The translations under genes and the position numbers were made by a program. Below the pieces are notes generated by a model, which did not search any database, was not told the DNA's origin, and saw nothing but the letters and a program-made list of their open reading frames with translations. Positions 30,133 through 40,678 of a stretch of 64,000 nt of DNA are shown here, piece by piece. The DNA comes from Ignavibacteriota bacterium (GTDB taxonomy: Bacteria > Bacteroidota > Ignavibacteria > UBA10030). The stretch's first letter is position 1, and each line of letters opens with the position of its first letter. The DNA lies in assembly GCA_963701295.1 (NCBI GenBank), contig OY969585.1:416001-480000 (forward strand), given 5' to 3'.

Positions 30133-30399
30133 ATGCCATTGTGGTTTATGTTGACTGGAAACGAACCAGAGAAACTACAAGAGACTTTCCTAGACTTTTT
30201 TTTCAGCCATAACTTTCCTCAAGGCGTGGCATTGTGGAAATGGAAAAGATCATGTTGGATATGTTCACCAGAAAAATTCAGGCAGGAAATTCTTATCGCC
30301 TTTACAGGGTACGGAGTAATTGAATTCTCATCTGCACCCTCTTCCACTGACATAGAATTCATGAGTGGCGACGCTACTTCACTTACCCTCGCTTCATAA
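30133..30399 (+). CDS. Small hypothetical protein (88 aa)
   Basis: GGGGAG RBS before ATG at 30133; no recognisable motif. Confidence 0.55.
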   Translation: MPLWFMLTGNEPEKLQETFLDFFFSHNFPQGVALWKWKRSCWICSPEKFRQEILIAFTGYGVIEFSSAPSSTDIEFMSGDATSLTLAS

Positions 30400-30548
30400 T
30401 AGTACTCGATTCATACCGATAATTGATTTTCTCTTCCAGTGCATTATTTTCTTGAATCAAATCGTCTGATTGGTTCAGGTTTTCTTGCTCCTCTCAACAA
30501 TTTTCACTACCATACAACAGAAACTGAAGCGGTGACTAATTCCGTAGG

Positions 30549-31214
30549 ATGCCGAAAGCACAAAAGAAACATATCCCGCCACCCTCCCTCTCTTCTTCTC
30601 CCAAAGCGTTATATGCCATCGAGCAGAGACGTCTTGAATCGCGGGAAGAGGATTCTATGCTCATCAACCGCGCACTCTCAGGAGATCAAAAAGCATTTCA
30701 CAAGCTACGCTTGAAATATTATGACGCTATCTTCAAACTTATTAATCGAATGATCCGCAACCGTGAAGAAGTGGAAGATTTGACACAGGAAGCGTTCATC
30801 AAGGCGTTCACATCGCTCAATAGATTCGATAATCAGTACTCGTTTTCGACATGGCTCTACAAGATTGCAACAAATAATTCCATCGACCATATCCGTAAAA
30901 AAAAGCTACAAACGTTTTCCATCAACAAAACTATCGAGTCGGATGAGAGCGATTATTCATTCGAATTGCCTGATACAGATCTTGAACCTGATCAAGAATT
31001 GATCGCTTCTCAACGCAAGAAAATGCTGGATGAGGCGATAAACTCGCTTCCACCAAAGTATCGGCAAGTCATTCTTATGCGCCATGTAGATGAAAAAGAA
31101 TATCAGGAAATTGCCAAAACGCTGAATCTCCCGCTCGGCACCATTAAGGCCCACATTTTCCGCGCCCGCGAACTATTGTACAAGCAGCTCCGAGATAAAA
31201 TGCGTCATTATTGA
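30549..31214 (+). CDS. ECF sigma factor (SigW/RpoE-like)
   Basis: EDLTQEAFIKA, FSTWLYKIATN, YQEIA, GTIKAHIFRAR. Confidence 0.95.
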   Translation: MPKAQKKHIPPPSLSSSPKALYAIEQRRLESREEDSMLINRALSGDQKAFHKLRLKYYDAIFKLINRMIRNREEVEDLTQEAFIKAFTSLNRFDNQYSFSTWLYKIATNNSIDHIRKKKLQTFSINKTIESDESDYSFELPDTDLEPDQELIASQRKKMLDEAINSLPPKYRQVILMRHVDEKEYQEIAKTLNLPLGTIKAHIFRARELLYKQLRDKMRHY

Positions 31215-31280
31215 ACATGTACGCAACTTTCTGAGCGTTCTTTCCGTAAGAATAAGTGAAACCATGGGAATAGGTGTACG

Positions 31281-32150
31281 ATGAAAAACTCTAAATTCTT
31301 TCGACTTATTCTCCTCTTTGGTACTGCATGTACCGTTGTACTCTGTACATATGCACGTCAGACGAAACACCGCGAATTTAGCCGTACGCATGAAAAAGAG
31401 GTACGGGTTATTCTTGATATTTCTTTTGGGAGCATCACAATCGAGCGAGGCGAAACGGACAAAATCGCTGTGGTCGATTATGATGAGGAAGAATCAAATA
31501 TGCAGAAGTTGTACATCTCGTATGATATCTCTCATGAATCAGGAACGTTGCACATCAAGTTGAAAGAATCAACTCACTTCTGGGGCGATGATGAGGACAG
31601 TAAAGGACATCATAACCATCTCGACATTAAATTAGGTAATGCTGTTCCAATTTCTTTTGAAATAGAATTGGGAGCAGGCAAAGGTGAAATCGATCTTACC
31701 GATTTACAAGTTAAAGAATTCAATATTTCGACAGGCGCCAGCAGTGTAACAATGGAGTGTGGAAAACCCAATCCCATTTCTGCCGATAACATTTCTATCG
31801 AGTCGGGTGTAAGTAAGTTTACAGCGATGGATCTCGGTAATTTGAATTTTCGCAATTTAAAATTTAGTGGAGGTGTAGGATCCTATAAACTTGACTTCAA
31901 TGGTAAATTTCGTCAGAGCGCCGAAGTACAAATTGAAGTCGGCCTCGGTTCGATCAATGTCTATGTTCCAAAATCTATTCCCGCCAAGTTGGTCTACGAT
32001 GATAATTGGCTTTCCAGCTTTAGTCTTGACGACGATTTTGAAAAAACACACAAGGGAGTTTATGAAACAGATGATTTCCAGGATTCATCTAAGCGTTTAA
32101 CGATTCGAATGGAAGCAGGATTAGGCAGCGTACGGGTTTATAGAAAATAA
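31281..32150 (+). CDS. Exported beta-solenoid protein (toast-rack/LiaF/DUF4097-like)
   Basis: Signal peptide; repeated units ELGAGKGEIDL, STGASSVTM, SGGVGSYKLDF, EVGLGSINV, EAGLGSVRV. Confidence 0.7.
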   Translation: MKNSKFFRLILLFGTACTVVLCTYARQTKHREFSRTHEKEVRVILDISFGSITIERGETDKIAVVDYDEEESNMQKLYISYDISHESGTLHIKLKESTHFWGDDEDSKGHHNHLDIKLGNAVPISFEIELGAGKGEIDLTDLQVKEFNISTGASSVTMECGKPNPISADNISIESGVSKFTAMDLGNLNFRNLKFSGGVGSYKLDFNGKFRQSAEVQIEVGLGSINVYVPKSIPAKLVYDDNWLSSFSLDDDFEKTHKGVYETDDFQDSSKRLTIRMEAGLGSVRVYRK

Positions 32151-32280
32151 AAATCACATTCGTTCTTTTCACACACGCATCCCCATCGGAATTCTTCTCT
32201 TCACTTGTTCTGATCTCCTACTGCTCGTTCGCTTGGATAAAATGTATCTTACTTTGAATAGCATGTTCAGTTCTACAGTA

Positions 32281-34908
32281 TCACCCAATCCCGAAGTGAA
32301 AGAATTGCCCCCATGATCGAGGCTGACTTACTTCGCGCGTACGAATAAGATTGAGAAGCGCTTGCCTGTATGCATCACCGGGAGCAAGACCGTTGGCAAG
32401 GTGTGTAAAAAAATATTCACTGAAGAATTTCGCTGCTTTCCGATCTGCCTGCCATGCATTAAAGAAAACATCGGAGGCTCCATTCAAATGAAGCAACAAA
32501 GCATGTTCAGCGGAGAGCCCTAAACCTTGACCATACTGGTTGGATAAAATCATGACTGGAACGGCTGAAAGCTCTGTAAGCTTTTCAAACGGAGCGGTTG
32601 TTGATTGCTCCACGATCAATCCATTGGAAAGAACTATACTGCCAAGCGGAAGTTCAGTGCTTCGTTGGCTAAACTCGGTAGAAATCTGCAAAATGTCCGC
32701 CTTGATAGATTTTAAATTATCCCACGATGCTTCTAATCCCACCATGACATGGGCGTTTTTAAAGAAGCTGCGTATGTCCCGCAGTTCATAATCCACCGAC
32801 CAATTCTTACCGGTTGGATTTCCAAACGCCACTACATCTTGAGTGCGAGTAAATGACGCCGTGCGATAGCGGAGCGACGCAAGCGATGGAACATAGTCCA
32901 CACTGGTAAGCTCAATAACGTACTTGACATTGCCTTTCTCGTCCTGTCGTTCTATGGCGTGAAAAGGAAATCCGTCCATTTCATGATTAACTACAATAAT
33001 AAGATTTCGCCCTAAGAGGTCATCCACCGGACGGAGCAGAAGTTCATACAATTGTGTTGAAAGTATCGCAAAGCGCGTCATCGAAGCCACACTTGCCTCT
33101 CCGGCTTCGCCGGAATAGACAGTTGGATCTTGAAGAAGTCTTCGGTATTCCGCCATGAGTTGAAAAAGACTATCGCGGCGAATTGCAGAGGCACGGACAA
33201 CAAGCTGTGAACGCGTTAAGGCAAAGACATAGAGCGTATCATCGGTGGGTAAAAATTCTATTGCCAGTGATCCATTTGGGATGTAATTCCGCATTGTTGC
33301 CGCTTCCACTCGTCCCGGCAGCACCAACGCCTCGTAGTTTGGGTGCTCGCTGATAATTTCCCACGAACCTTTGCGAATCGATTGCTTAGTGGATTCGAGT
33401 TCAGCATGCAGCGTTTTCATCTCTTCGCTGTCGGACAAACGTTGTTTACCGGAAAATCGGGCAGTGTATTCCACTTCGAGCAATCTTGCTTTTTGAAGTT
33501 GTGTCTGAACATCCTTCGTCTGTTGTTTCACTTTTGGATAACGCAAGGATATATCCAATTTCTGAAAGGTATCAGCAAGTTGTTTCACACGAGCAAATTC
33601 GAGGGTTTTCAATGCTTCTTCCTGCCGATGCATCTTGATGAGTACTGCGCTGAGTAATTCATACCAATCCGTGTGCAAAGAATAAATTCCGAGTGCGGTT
33701 TGATATGGTTCATACAATTCACCATTGCAATATGCAGCAAGCGCATTTTGAGCAAGCATGACAGCTTTTCCATACCACTCCTGAGCCTTAAAAAGATCGC
33801 CGACACATTCAGCCTCTTTTCCAATTTGAGTGTACAAGTACCCCTCACCAGCGATGTGTCTGCACTCCTGAAATTTTTTTGCAATCTGTTCGTATGATTG
33901 TTGGAGTTTCTCCCTGCTCTGTAATCGTTGTTCCGGTGTCATCAAGCCGAAGTTACATCGAACAAGAAAAACGGAGAGATAATTCTCCGCAATGCGATCG
34001 CCTTGAGAACGTGCAAGTTCTATCGCTTCAGTATAATATCGCTTTGATTCGAGCAGTTTCCCATTCTGCTCATAGAGATGTCCTAGCCGGAATAGTAAAA
34101 CCGTTTCCAACTCTTTACCAGTACGCGCCTGGCGGAGCGTATTGATAGCATCGCGGAAATCTCGGAGCGCGGCATTCACGCTGTTTTGAGTCGAATGAAG
34201 AAGTCCGATCTCTATATGCACACGAGCCACAAGAAGAGGATCTCGTATTTGATCTGTTGACACCAAAGCTTGTGTCAACGAATTGGCCGCTTCCATGTAA
34301 CGTTGTTGAATACGATATATACTTCCGATTCCGCTCAACGCCGCAACGACATTGAGATTGTCATTGCTTGCTTGTGCTTCTGTGAGCATCTCTTTATAGA
34401 TGTGTTGTGCCTCATCCAGATCATTGTTTATTTTTAAGGTAGATGCAAGTTTCAGCTGTGCTTCGATAAAAGCTTTCTTATCGCCGAATGCTGTTGCGGA
34501 TGCGGATGCGTTTCGATACCAGGCTATTGCGTGATCGAACATTTGCATTTCCGTATAGAGATCCCCATCGAGGAGTGCAAGTCGCACTTCGCCATGTACA
34601 TCACCTTCTTTTCGCATCACTATTGCAGCTTCTTCCGAGACAGCAAGCGCCGCTCGGAATTCCCCAAGCTCTAGTTCGGTCTGAACCAGAAATGTAAGCG
34701 CTTCAGTCAATTGATTGGTCTTTTTGAGTTCTTTAAACGAGCCAATGGCTTGCTCGAGGAGCGGCTTTGCTTGTTTGAACGATCGCTCCTGAATGAGCAC
34801 GACTGCTTTTTCGTACATCTCGGTCGGATCTGTCAGCGGGTGTTCGCCGATATCACACGATAGTAAAAGAAAAACACCAAAGATAAGAAGAAGTAATGTG
34901 CGCTTCAC
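32281..34908 (-). CDS. TPR + CHAT-domain lipoprotein, CHAT apparently inactive
   Basis: GTG start at 34908 gives signal KRTLLLLIFGVFLLLSC (lipobox-like); TPR repeats; LYELLLRP, FPFHAI, VAFGNP, AYRQA, WGQF CHAT motifs. Confidence 0.85.
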   Translation of the reverse strand: MKRTLLLLIFGVFLLLSCDIGEHPLTDPTEMYEKAVVLIQERSFKQAKPLLEQAIGSFKELKKTNQLTEALTFLVQTELELGEFRAALAVSEEAAIVMRKEGDVHGEVRLALLDGDLYTEMQMFDHAIAWYRNASASATAFGDKKAFIEAQLKLASTLKINNDLDEAQHIYKEMLTEAQASNDNLNVVAALSGIGSIYRIQQRYMEAANSLTQALVSTDQIRDPLLVARVHIEIGLLHSTQNSVNAALRDFRDAINTLRQARTGKELETVLLFRLGHLYEQNGKLLESKRYYTEAIELARSQGDRIAENYLSVFLVRCNFGLMTPEQRLQSREKLQQSYEQIAKKFQECRHIAGEGYLYTQIGKEAECVGDLFKAQEWYGKAVMLAQNALAAYCNGELYEPYQTALGIYSLHTDWYELLSAVLIKMHRQEEALKTLEFARVKQLADTFQKLDISLRYPKVKQQTKDVQTQLQKARLLEVEYTARFSGKQRLSDSEEMKTLHAELESTKQSIRKGSWEIISEHPNYEALVLPGRVEAATMRNYIPNGSLAIEFLPTDDTLYVFALTRSQLVVRASAIRRDSLFQLMAEYRRLLQDPTVYSGEAGEASVASMTRFAILSTQLYELLLRPVDDLLGRNLIIVVNHEMDGFPFHAIERQDEKGNVKYVIELTSVDYVPSLASLRYRTASFTRTQDVVAFGNPTGKNWSVDYELRDIRSFFKNAHVMVGLEASWDNLKSIKADILQISTEFSQRSTELPLGSIVLSNGLIVEQSTTAPFEKLTELSAVPVMILSNQYGQGLGLSAEHALLLHLNGASDVFFNAWQADRKAAKFFSEYFFTHLANGLAPGDAYRQALLNLIRTREVSQPRSWGQFFHFGIG

Positions 34909-35013
34909 AAAGGTTTCGATTTCCGTTTGATGATGGACTGTAATTGCCGAACCAACTCGGACGCGATGAGAATATAACAAACTCCTGCTTACTCTTCAAC
35001 AAAAAGATTCAGC

Positions 35014-35799
35014 TTATGCACTGCAACTCTTTACCACGTCAAGAATATCATCTGCATTGTTGGACAAAATGCCGTCTACACCGTATGTTAACATCCGCTG
35101 GGCATCATGGATTGAATTGAGTGTATAGACATAAACCGCTATGCCATGGCTGTGTGCATCATCGACCATCCGGTTCGTGAGTTCGCGTTTGGCACAGACA
35201 AAGACCGATGCTCCAACACGTTCAGCGAGCGTTGACGGCAATCGGCTAAAATCATATGAAAAATTATAGAGTATACCCGTCACCGATGACGGTTTCATTT
35301 TCTTGATAGTTGCCAAAAGTCGGTGGTCAAACGAAGAGAACATTACGCGATCATCCATACCGCATCGGTGAACTGTATCGAGCACTTTCTCTTCTAACAA
35401 TCCCGGCGGCTCACGATGCAACCAATCTGATTTGATTTCCACATCCACCCAGAGCCGGTCGCCAACCTGCTGGAATACTTCGCAAAGCGTCGGAATACAT
35501 TGATGCGAAAATATCGGATGGAACCATGAACCTGCATCGAACCGGCGAATTTCTTCCATCGAGTAATTGCGCGCGGGACCATTACCCGTTGAAGTGCGTT
35601 GAAGTGTACGATCATGGAGAACGATAACTTCTTCATCTTTTGATAATCGGACATCGAGTTCAATCATGTCAATACCAGAAACGCTTGCAGCGCGTTCAAA
35701 AGATGCAAGCGTATTTTCCGGCGCCTTTGCTGAAACACCACGGTGTGCAATCACATATGGCGGTTTATTGTGCAAAGGTTTCGGCTGGTACGGCCTCAT
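35014..35799 (-). CDS. Glycerophosphodiester phosphodiesterase
   Basis: IAHRG, PENTLASF, ELDV, HD-TLQRT, VEIK, SSFD. Confidence 0.94.
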   Translation of the reverse strand: MRPYQPKPLHNKPPYVIAHRGVSAKAPENTLASFERAASVSGIDMIELDVRLSKDEEVIVLHDRTLQRTSTGNGPARNYSMEEIRRFDAGSWFHPIFSHQCIPTLCEVFQQVGDRLWVDVEIKSDWLHREPPGLLEEKVLDTVHRCGMDDRVMFSSFDHRLLATIKKMKPSSVTGILYNFSYDFSRLPSTLAERVGASVFVCAKRELTNRMVDDAHSHGIAVYVYTLNSIHDAQRMLTYGVDGILSNNADDILDVVKSCSA

Positions 35800-36449
35800 T
35801 TGATTCTGTCTTTATAGAGAGCATCGAGTACCAACTTATGCACGTAACCGATTTCATCCATTCCATTGATGGGAATGAGTCGATTGGTTTTACGATAATA
35901 CTCGATGAGAGGCTTCGTCTGTTGTTGATAGACTTCAAGACGACGACGGACAGGCTCCGGTTTATCATCATCGCGTTGGTACACTTCACCACCACATTGG
36001 GGGCACACTTTAAGATCGGCACCGATGCGAGCAATAGTATAGATGCGTCCACAACCCCGGCATAATCGTCGCTGATTAAGACGATCAATAATTTCTTCAT
36101 TATCGACTTCAAGGCTAATGACACTGTCGAGCCGGATACCAAGTTTTTCAAATAAGACATCAAGCGCACTTGCTTGCGGAAGCGTTCGCGGGAAACCATC
36201 CAAAATAAAATTTTCTCTCGCCTCGTCGGACCTGAGGACTTCTTCAATCAAACCAACAACTACATCATCAGGAACTAGATTGCCTGCATCCATAAAAGAT
36301 TTGGCTTTCAATCCAAGGATTGTCTTATTTTTCACGGCCTCGCGCAGCAAATCGCCGGTTGAGATATGCGTCGAATGGAATTCTTCAACAAGTAATTTGG
36401 CTTGAGTCCCTTTACCCACGCCTGGAGGTCCAAAAAGGATAATTTTCAT
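35796..36449 (-). CDS. adk: Adenylate kinase (long, Zn-LID type)
   Basis: GPPGVGKGTQA, ISTGDLLR, LDGFPRT, CRGC..CPQC, QRDDD; ATGA overlap with the next gene. Confidence 0.97.
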   Translation of the reverse strand: MKIILFGPPGVGKGTQAKLLVEEFHSTHISTGDLLREAVKNKTILGLKAKSFMDAGNLVPDDVVVGLIEEVLRSDEARENFILDGFPRTLPQASALDVLFEKLGIRLDSVISLEVDNEEIIDRLNQRRLCRGCGRIYTIARIGADLKVCPQCGGEVYQRDDDKPEPVRRRLEVYQQQTKPLIEYYRKTNRLIPINGMDEIGYVHKLVLDALYKDRIK

Positions 36450-36741
36450 GCGTTCGTTATTCTTTATAAGTTGATAATAGTTGAATTAAAAGCGATGCCA
36501 ATGTACGGGAATAATAGTTTTAGACAAAATACAAGCTTCATCACAGTTTCGATACATAAAAGAGCAATCCATTCCCTCTGTAGAAAATGAGCTGATGATA
36601 GCACAGCAACCTATGAGTCTACCCATAAAAAGTCTTCTATTGAAGATATTAAAAAATCACATTTCCAATATCCCGCAGAACCAGAAAATGAATTTCACTA
36701 AAACAGAAAGTTGAATGATCCGTATGCCGTCTTGTGCAGTA

Positions 36742-37386
36742 TTATGATACAACACCAAATGTAAGCACAAACGTCGTCACATCTGATTGGCGCTCGATGC
36801 TGGGTGTGAGGATGAGCAAAGGCCCGCCCCTAATTCGTGATCCGATTGCAACACCACCGTGGAGTATGAACTCCCAACCGGAACTTGCCATCAATATGTC
36901 TGCACCAATCATTGGTTGGAAGAAAAGCGCTTTCCAGTATCCTGTTCTGTGATAGGCACTTACACCTAATTTTACAGCATCAACTGTTAAATCTGTTTTT
37001 ATTGTATCCATCCGGTGCTGCATGTTCGGTTCAGGAACATCCACCAACGATGTTGATTTCGATTTGTAGTGGCTGTAGCCAAGTGAAATTCCGAGAGTTG
37101 GTGCTTTCTTTGCATCCTCCTGCTTGATAGGATAGAAAGTGATACCGGGCGAAATGATTCCGTCTTGAACTTTTCCCCCGTTCGCCTTCCAATAGGCAAT
37201 ATTCGCATCTAAAAAACCTTTGTATGAGAATCCGGCATAAAGAGTTTTCTCGTTCATCTCACTATTGACGCTGAAACCTGCGCCACCTTCAATACCACTC
37301 TTGCCGCGTTTGATAAATTCACCTTGGGAAAAGGAACAGTGAACCAAACTTATTATCAGAAAGAAAAACATGGAGAGTCGTTTCAT
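36742..37386 (-). CDS. Exported hypothetical protein, likely outer-membrane beta-barrel
   Basis: Signal peptide and alternating Gly/aromatic beta-strand pattern; starts 3 nt after the rlmN stop. Confidence 0.6.
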   Translation of the reverse strand: MKRLSMFFFLIISLVHCSFSQGEFIKRGKSGIEGGAGFSVNSEMNEKTLYAGFSYKGFLDANIAYWKANGGKVQDGIISPGITFYPIKQEDAKKAPTLGISLGYSHYKSKSTSLVDVPEPNMQHRMDTIKTDLTVDAVKLGVSAYHRTGYWKALFFQPMIGADILMASSGWEFILHGGVAIGSRIRGGPLLILTPSIERQSDVTTFVLTFGVVS

Positions 37387-37389
37387 CTT

Positions 37390-38493
37390 TTATATGCCCT
37401 CTGTGTTTCTTGGTTTAGCTTTCGATTCGATAACAGCAAGCTGACCGCATGCAGCCTGAATATCCTGACCGGAACTGCTGCGAACCATGACAGTAATATC
37501 GGCTTCGCGCAGTGCGTCAGCAAATACTTCAATACGCGGAGCTGGTGTAGGCTTAAGCGACGCTCCGATGCCAGACAGATGCATAAACGAAATGGAATGG
37601 AACGGAATGAGATTCACTTTGCATGGAATTCGTCTGCTTAATTTGACGAACGCCTTTATATCTGCCGCCGTGTCGTTGAAACCATCGAACAAGATATACT
37701 CAAATGTCGGACGGCTGCGCTTTTTATGATAGTAATAATCCAACGCGTCAATAAGTGTGTCTACAGGAAATTTTTTTGTGATGGGCATGAGCTTTGTGCG
37801 TTTGTCGTTGTCCAGAGAATGAAGCGAGAGTGCAAGCTTCACCGGACGTTCTTCATTGGCAAGCTGGCGGATCCTGTCGGCATAACCGGCTGTAGAAACA
37901 GTGATATGCCGCGCACCGATGTTTAATCCCCGACCATCATTGATAATGTCTATGGATTTCATTACGTTTTCGTAGTTGAGGAGCGGTTCGCCCATTCCCA
38001 TATAAACGAGATTAGTAATACGCTTCGCACTATTTCGTTGTACCTGAATCACTTGATCGATGATTTCCCCAGCAGTTAAATTACGTAAGAAGCCCATCGC
38101 TCCTGTCGCGCAGAACTTACAATCAAGCGGACAACCTACTTGCGTAGAAACACAGAGAGTCAAACGCTTATCTTCTCCAAATATTTTTCTTGTCGAAGGA
38201 ATCAGTACGCTTTCGATTGCTAAACCATCCTCCAAACTGAAGAGGAATTTTGTTGTACCGTCCGTAGACACACTTTGGGCAACTGGTTGGAGATTGGAAA
38301 TTGCAGCGCCATAAGAGAGAGCAGCACGAAACTCTTTGGAAATATCTGTCATCTCATCAAAACTCTCTGCAGCTTTGGCGTAGAGCCAGCTATAAAGTTG
38401 TGCGGCACGAAATTTTTTTTCACCCAGATCCCCGACAAACGCTTGTAGCTCTATTAGGTCGAGCCCTTTCAGATTTTTTTTTTGTCTCTCCAT
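37390..38493 (-). CDS. rlmN: 23S rRNA/tRNA m2A methyltransferase RlmN (radical SAM)
   Basis: CVSTQVGCPLDCKFCATG, MGMGEP, SLH, DIQAACGQL. Confidence 0.97.
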   Translation of the reverse strand: MERQKKNLKGLDLIELQAFVGDLGEKKFRAAQLYSWLYAKAAESFDEMTDISKEFRAALSYGAAISNLQPVAQSVSTDGTTKFLFSLEDGLAIESVLIPSTRKIFGEDKRLTLCVSTQVGCPLDCKFCATGAMGFLRNLTAGEIIDQVIQVQRNSAKRITNLVYMGMGEPLLNYENVMKSIDIINDGRGLNIGARHITVSTAGYADRIRQLANEERPVKLALSLHSLDNDKRTKLMPITKKFPVDTLIDALDYYYHKKRSRPTFEYILFDGFNDTAADIKAFVKLSRRIPCKVNLIPFHSISFMHLSGIGASLKPTPAPRIEVFADALREADITVMVRSSSGQDIQAACGQLAVIESKAKPRNTEGI

Positions 38494-38913
38494 TGTTTAC
38501 AATGTAAGGAAAGATGTTGGCGAGAGCAAGGTCGTGTGATTTCAACACCCATAGGAATTGTGCCGCCTGAATGCCCTCATCTCTGAGAAAGCCTGACGAG
38601 GGGTTTTCCATTTATGTAAGGGAAGGTGAATAACACTCAGGCGAGAGAAAGACGACATTTGACAATCGATCCTTTGAAGTGAGCGATGACAATATAAAGA
38701 ACAGCGATTTGTGTTCTATTCGTGAGTTCGACAATTCTTCGGCCTGGAGCCGACATTATCGGGAGAAGGCGATAATCATCAATACGAAATCTTGTCCCAA
38801 CTAGAAATCCTGACAAAAACCGGTTTTCCGAATCAAAAAAGAAACTAGGATACTCACCTTGTTCCAGTGTGTATTTTGAGTTAGATTAAATCACTCTGGA
38901 ACGAGAATATCTC

Positions 38914-40455
38914 ATGGTTGGCATGAAATCGATTGTCGTACAAAATCAAATTCCTACTCTATTCATCGTGTGTCTTATTTTCATTTCGCTTCCGTTCCTT
39001 TTTGTACGATTTATTCCATCAACCGATTTACCGCAGCATCTTGCACAAATTCGACTTCTCCAGGATGTATTGAAGAATCCGACCCAGCGTGAATACGTAG
39101 TGGGATGGGCGGGTGCGAACACGCTGGTGTACTATCTCCTGGATATGAACTGGATGATATTTCCACCGATCCTTGCTGGAAAAATGATGGTCCTTGAGAT
39201 TGTCATGGCATGGATCGTCGGAATCTTTGCATTGGCACGACGAAAAAATTGTTCACCATTTTCTGCTGCACTTGCCTGCATTTTGGTATTTAATGCAAGT
39301 CTCACTTGGGGGTTCCTTAATTTCCTCATCGGACTTCCTATCTTTATTCTCTGGTTTCTTTTAATTATGGACAGAAAGAAGACGCGGCCAATTGTCACAA
39401 AGATTGTGCTCATAATATCGATCAGCTTTTTGCTATTCTTCGCCCATGCGCTGTGGCTACTGCTCGCTGTTGTGCATTTTTTTGTGGCAACACTATGCCG
39501 GCGCCCCACTCTGAAAGAAATTGGAATTCGCTGCGCAGCTTTAGCTCCCGTCGGCTTTTATAGCGCATTCTGGTTCCCTCGGCTTTCGGCGATACGAGCT
39601 ACCATCGGATTTGACACTGCGGCGCATTGGATCGTCTCACCTCTGGAAAGGATGCATCCTCGCTGGTTATTGGAATCGTTGCTCGGGGGAATACACGGGC
39701 CGACCGAGGCATTGGTTCTGGGAGGAATTGCGGTGTGGATTGGCATGAGTCTCATAACCAATTGGGGAAAACTTCGAACGCTCGTAGAAAAGGAATTTCT
39801 CTTCGTGGGAATACTTCTCACTCTTGTTGTCTTTTGTGCACCGGACAAATATATGAATACAATTTATTTCGCGTCACGGTGGGCTCCGGCTGCGATGATT
39901 TTCTTTCTGCTTGCACTTCCCCTTCCGCAGATGCAGAAATCTGTCCTCGCCTTCTACACAATTTTTCTTCTTGCAATCCTCTCATTGACTACTTGTTGGT
40001 ACTGGTGGCGGTTTGAGAAAACGGAAAACTCTGGATTGAGTGAAAGCTTGATGAGAATTCATGACAACTCCAGAGTGTTGGGACTGGATTTCGTGCAAGA
40101 GAGCGAATTCATCTGCGGTCGTCCCTTCCTGCAGACATTCGCCTATGCACAGGTTCTTCATGGCGGGAAACTGAATTTTTCATTTGCCGAGCATTATAGC
40201 GAACTCGTATCATTTGCGCAGATCAAAAGAGTGCGAATATGGACACCCGGATTAGAGTGGTACCCTCAACGTGTAAGCCCTAGCGATATTAATTGCTTTG
40301 ATTATGCGCTCATCAACGGCCTTGATAATGCGCACAATTTCTTTGCTTCATACTCCATGCTCATGCCCCTTACGACGACTGGTCGGTGGAGGCTGTACCA
40401 GTGTGTGAGAGACACACTCGCCCTACAGCATGGCAGTCAAACGATTGCACGTTGA
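38914..40455 (+). CDS. Polytopic membrane protein, possibly GT-C-like glycosyltransferase
   Basis: About 11-12 hydrophobic segments; DLPQH motif in the first loop; WGFLNF; soluble C-terminal domain. Confidence 0.6.
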   Translation: MVGMKSIVVQNQIPTLFIVCLIFISLPFLFVRFIPSTDLPQHLAQIRLLQDVLKNPTQREYVVGWAGANTLVYYLLDMNWMIFPPILAGKMMVLEIVMAWIVGIFALARRKNCSPFSAALACILVFNASLTWGFLNFLIGLPIFILWFLLIMDRKKTRPIVTKIVLIISISFLLFFAHALWLLLAVVHFFVATLCRRPTLKEIGIRCAALAPVGFYSAFWFPRLSAIRATIGFDTAAHWIVSPLERMHPRWLLESLLGGIHGPTEALVLGGIAVWIGMSLITNWGKLRTLVEKEFLFVGILLTLVVFCAPDKYMNTIYFASRWAPAAMIFFLLALPLPQMQKSVLAFYTIFLLAILSLTTCWYWWRFEKTENSGLSESLMRIHDNSRVLGLDFVQESEFICGRPFLQTFAYAQVLHGGKLNFSFAEHYSELVSFAQIKRVRIWTPGLEWYPQRVSPSDINCFDYALINGLDNAHNFFASYSMLMPLTTTGRWRLYQCVRDTLALQHGSQTIAR

Positions 40456-40504
40456 GACGAGGAGAGAGTCACTAAAGTGTGCTGCGACACGCCTGCAGCT
40501 ATAC

Positions 40505-40575
40505 AAAGAAAACCCCAAGCAACTTTCGTCACTTGGGGTTTTAATTTAAATCTGGCATCGACCCACTCTCCCATG
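40505..40575 (-). repeat. Duplicate of the 5S rRNA 3' end plus terminator (att-like direct repeat, copy 2)
   Basis: 68/71 identical to 41271-41341. Confidence 0.9.
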
Positions 40576-40678
40576 TGGAGAGTTATGTGCGACATCCCGG
40601 GGTTGTTTGGCGAAACAGCTATCATCATCAATTGATTAACTGAATAATTCTTTATGATTGTATAAACATAGTTCTAAA

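Noticed and set aside
38590-38635. CTGACGAG as a possible hammerhead ribozyme core
   Set aside because: No properly placed stem II-GAAA-stem III could be built.
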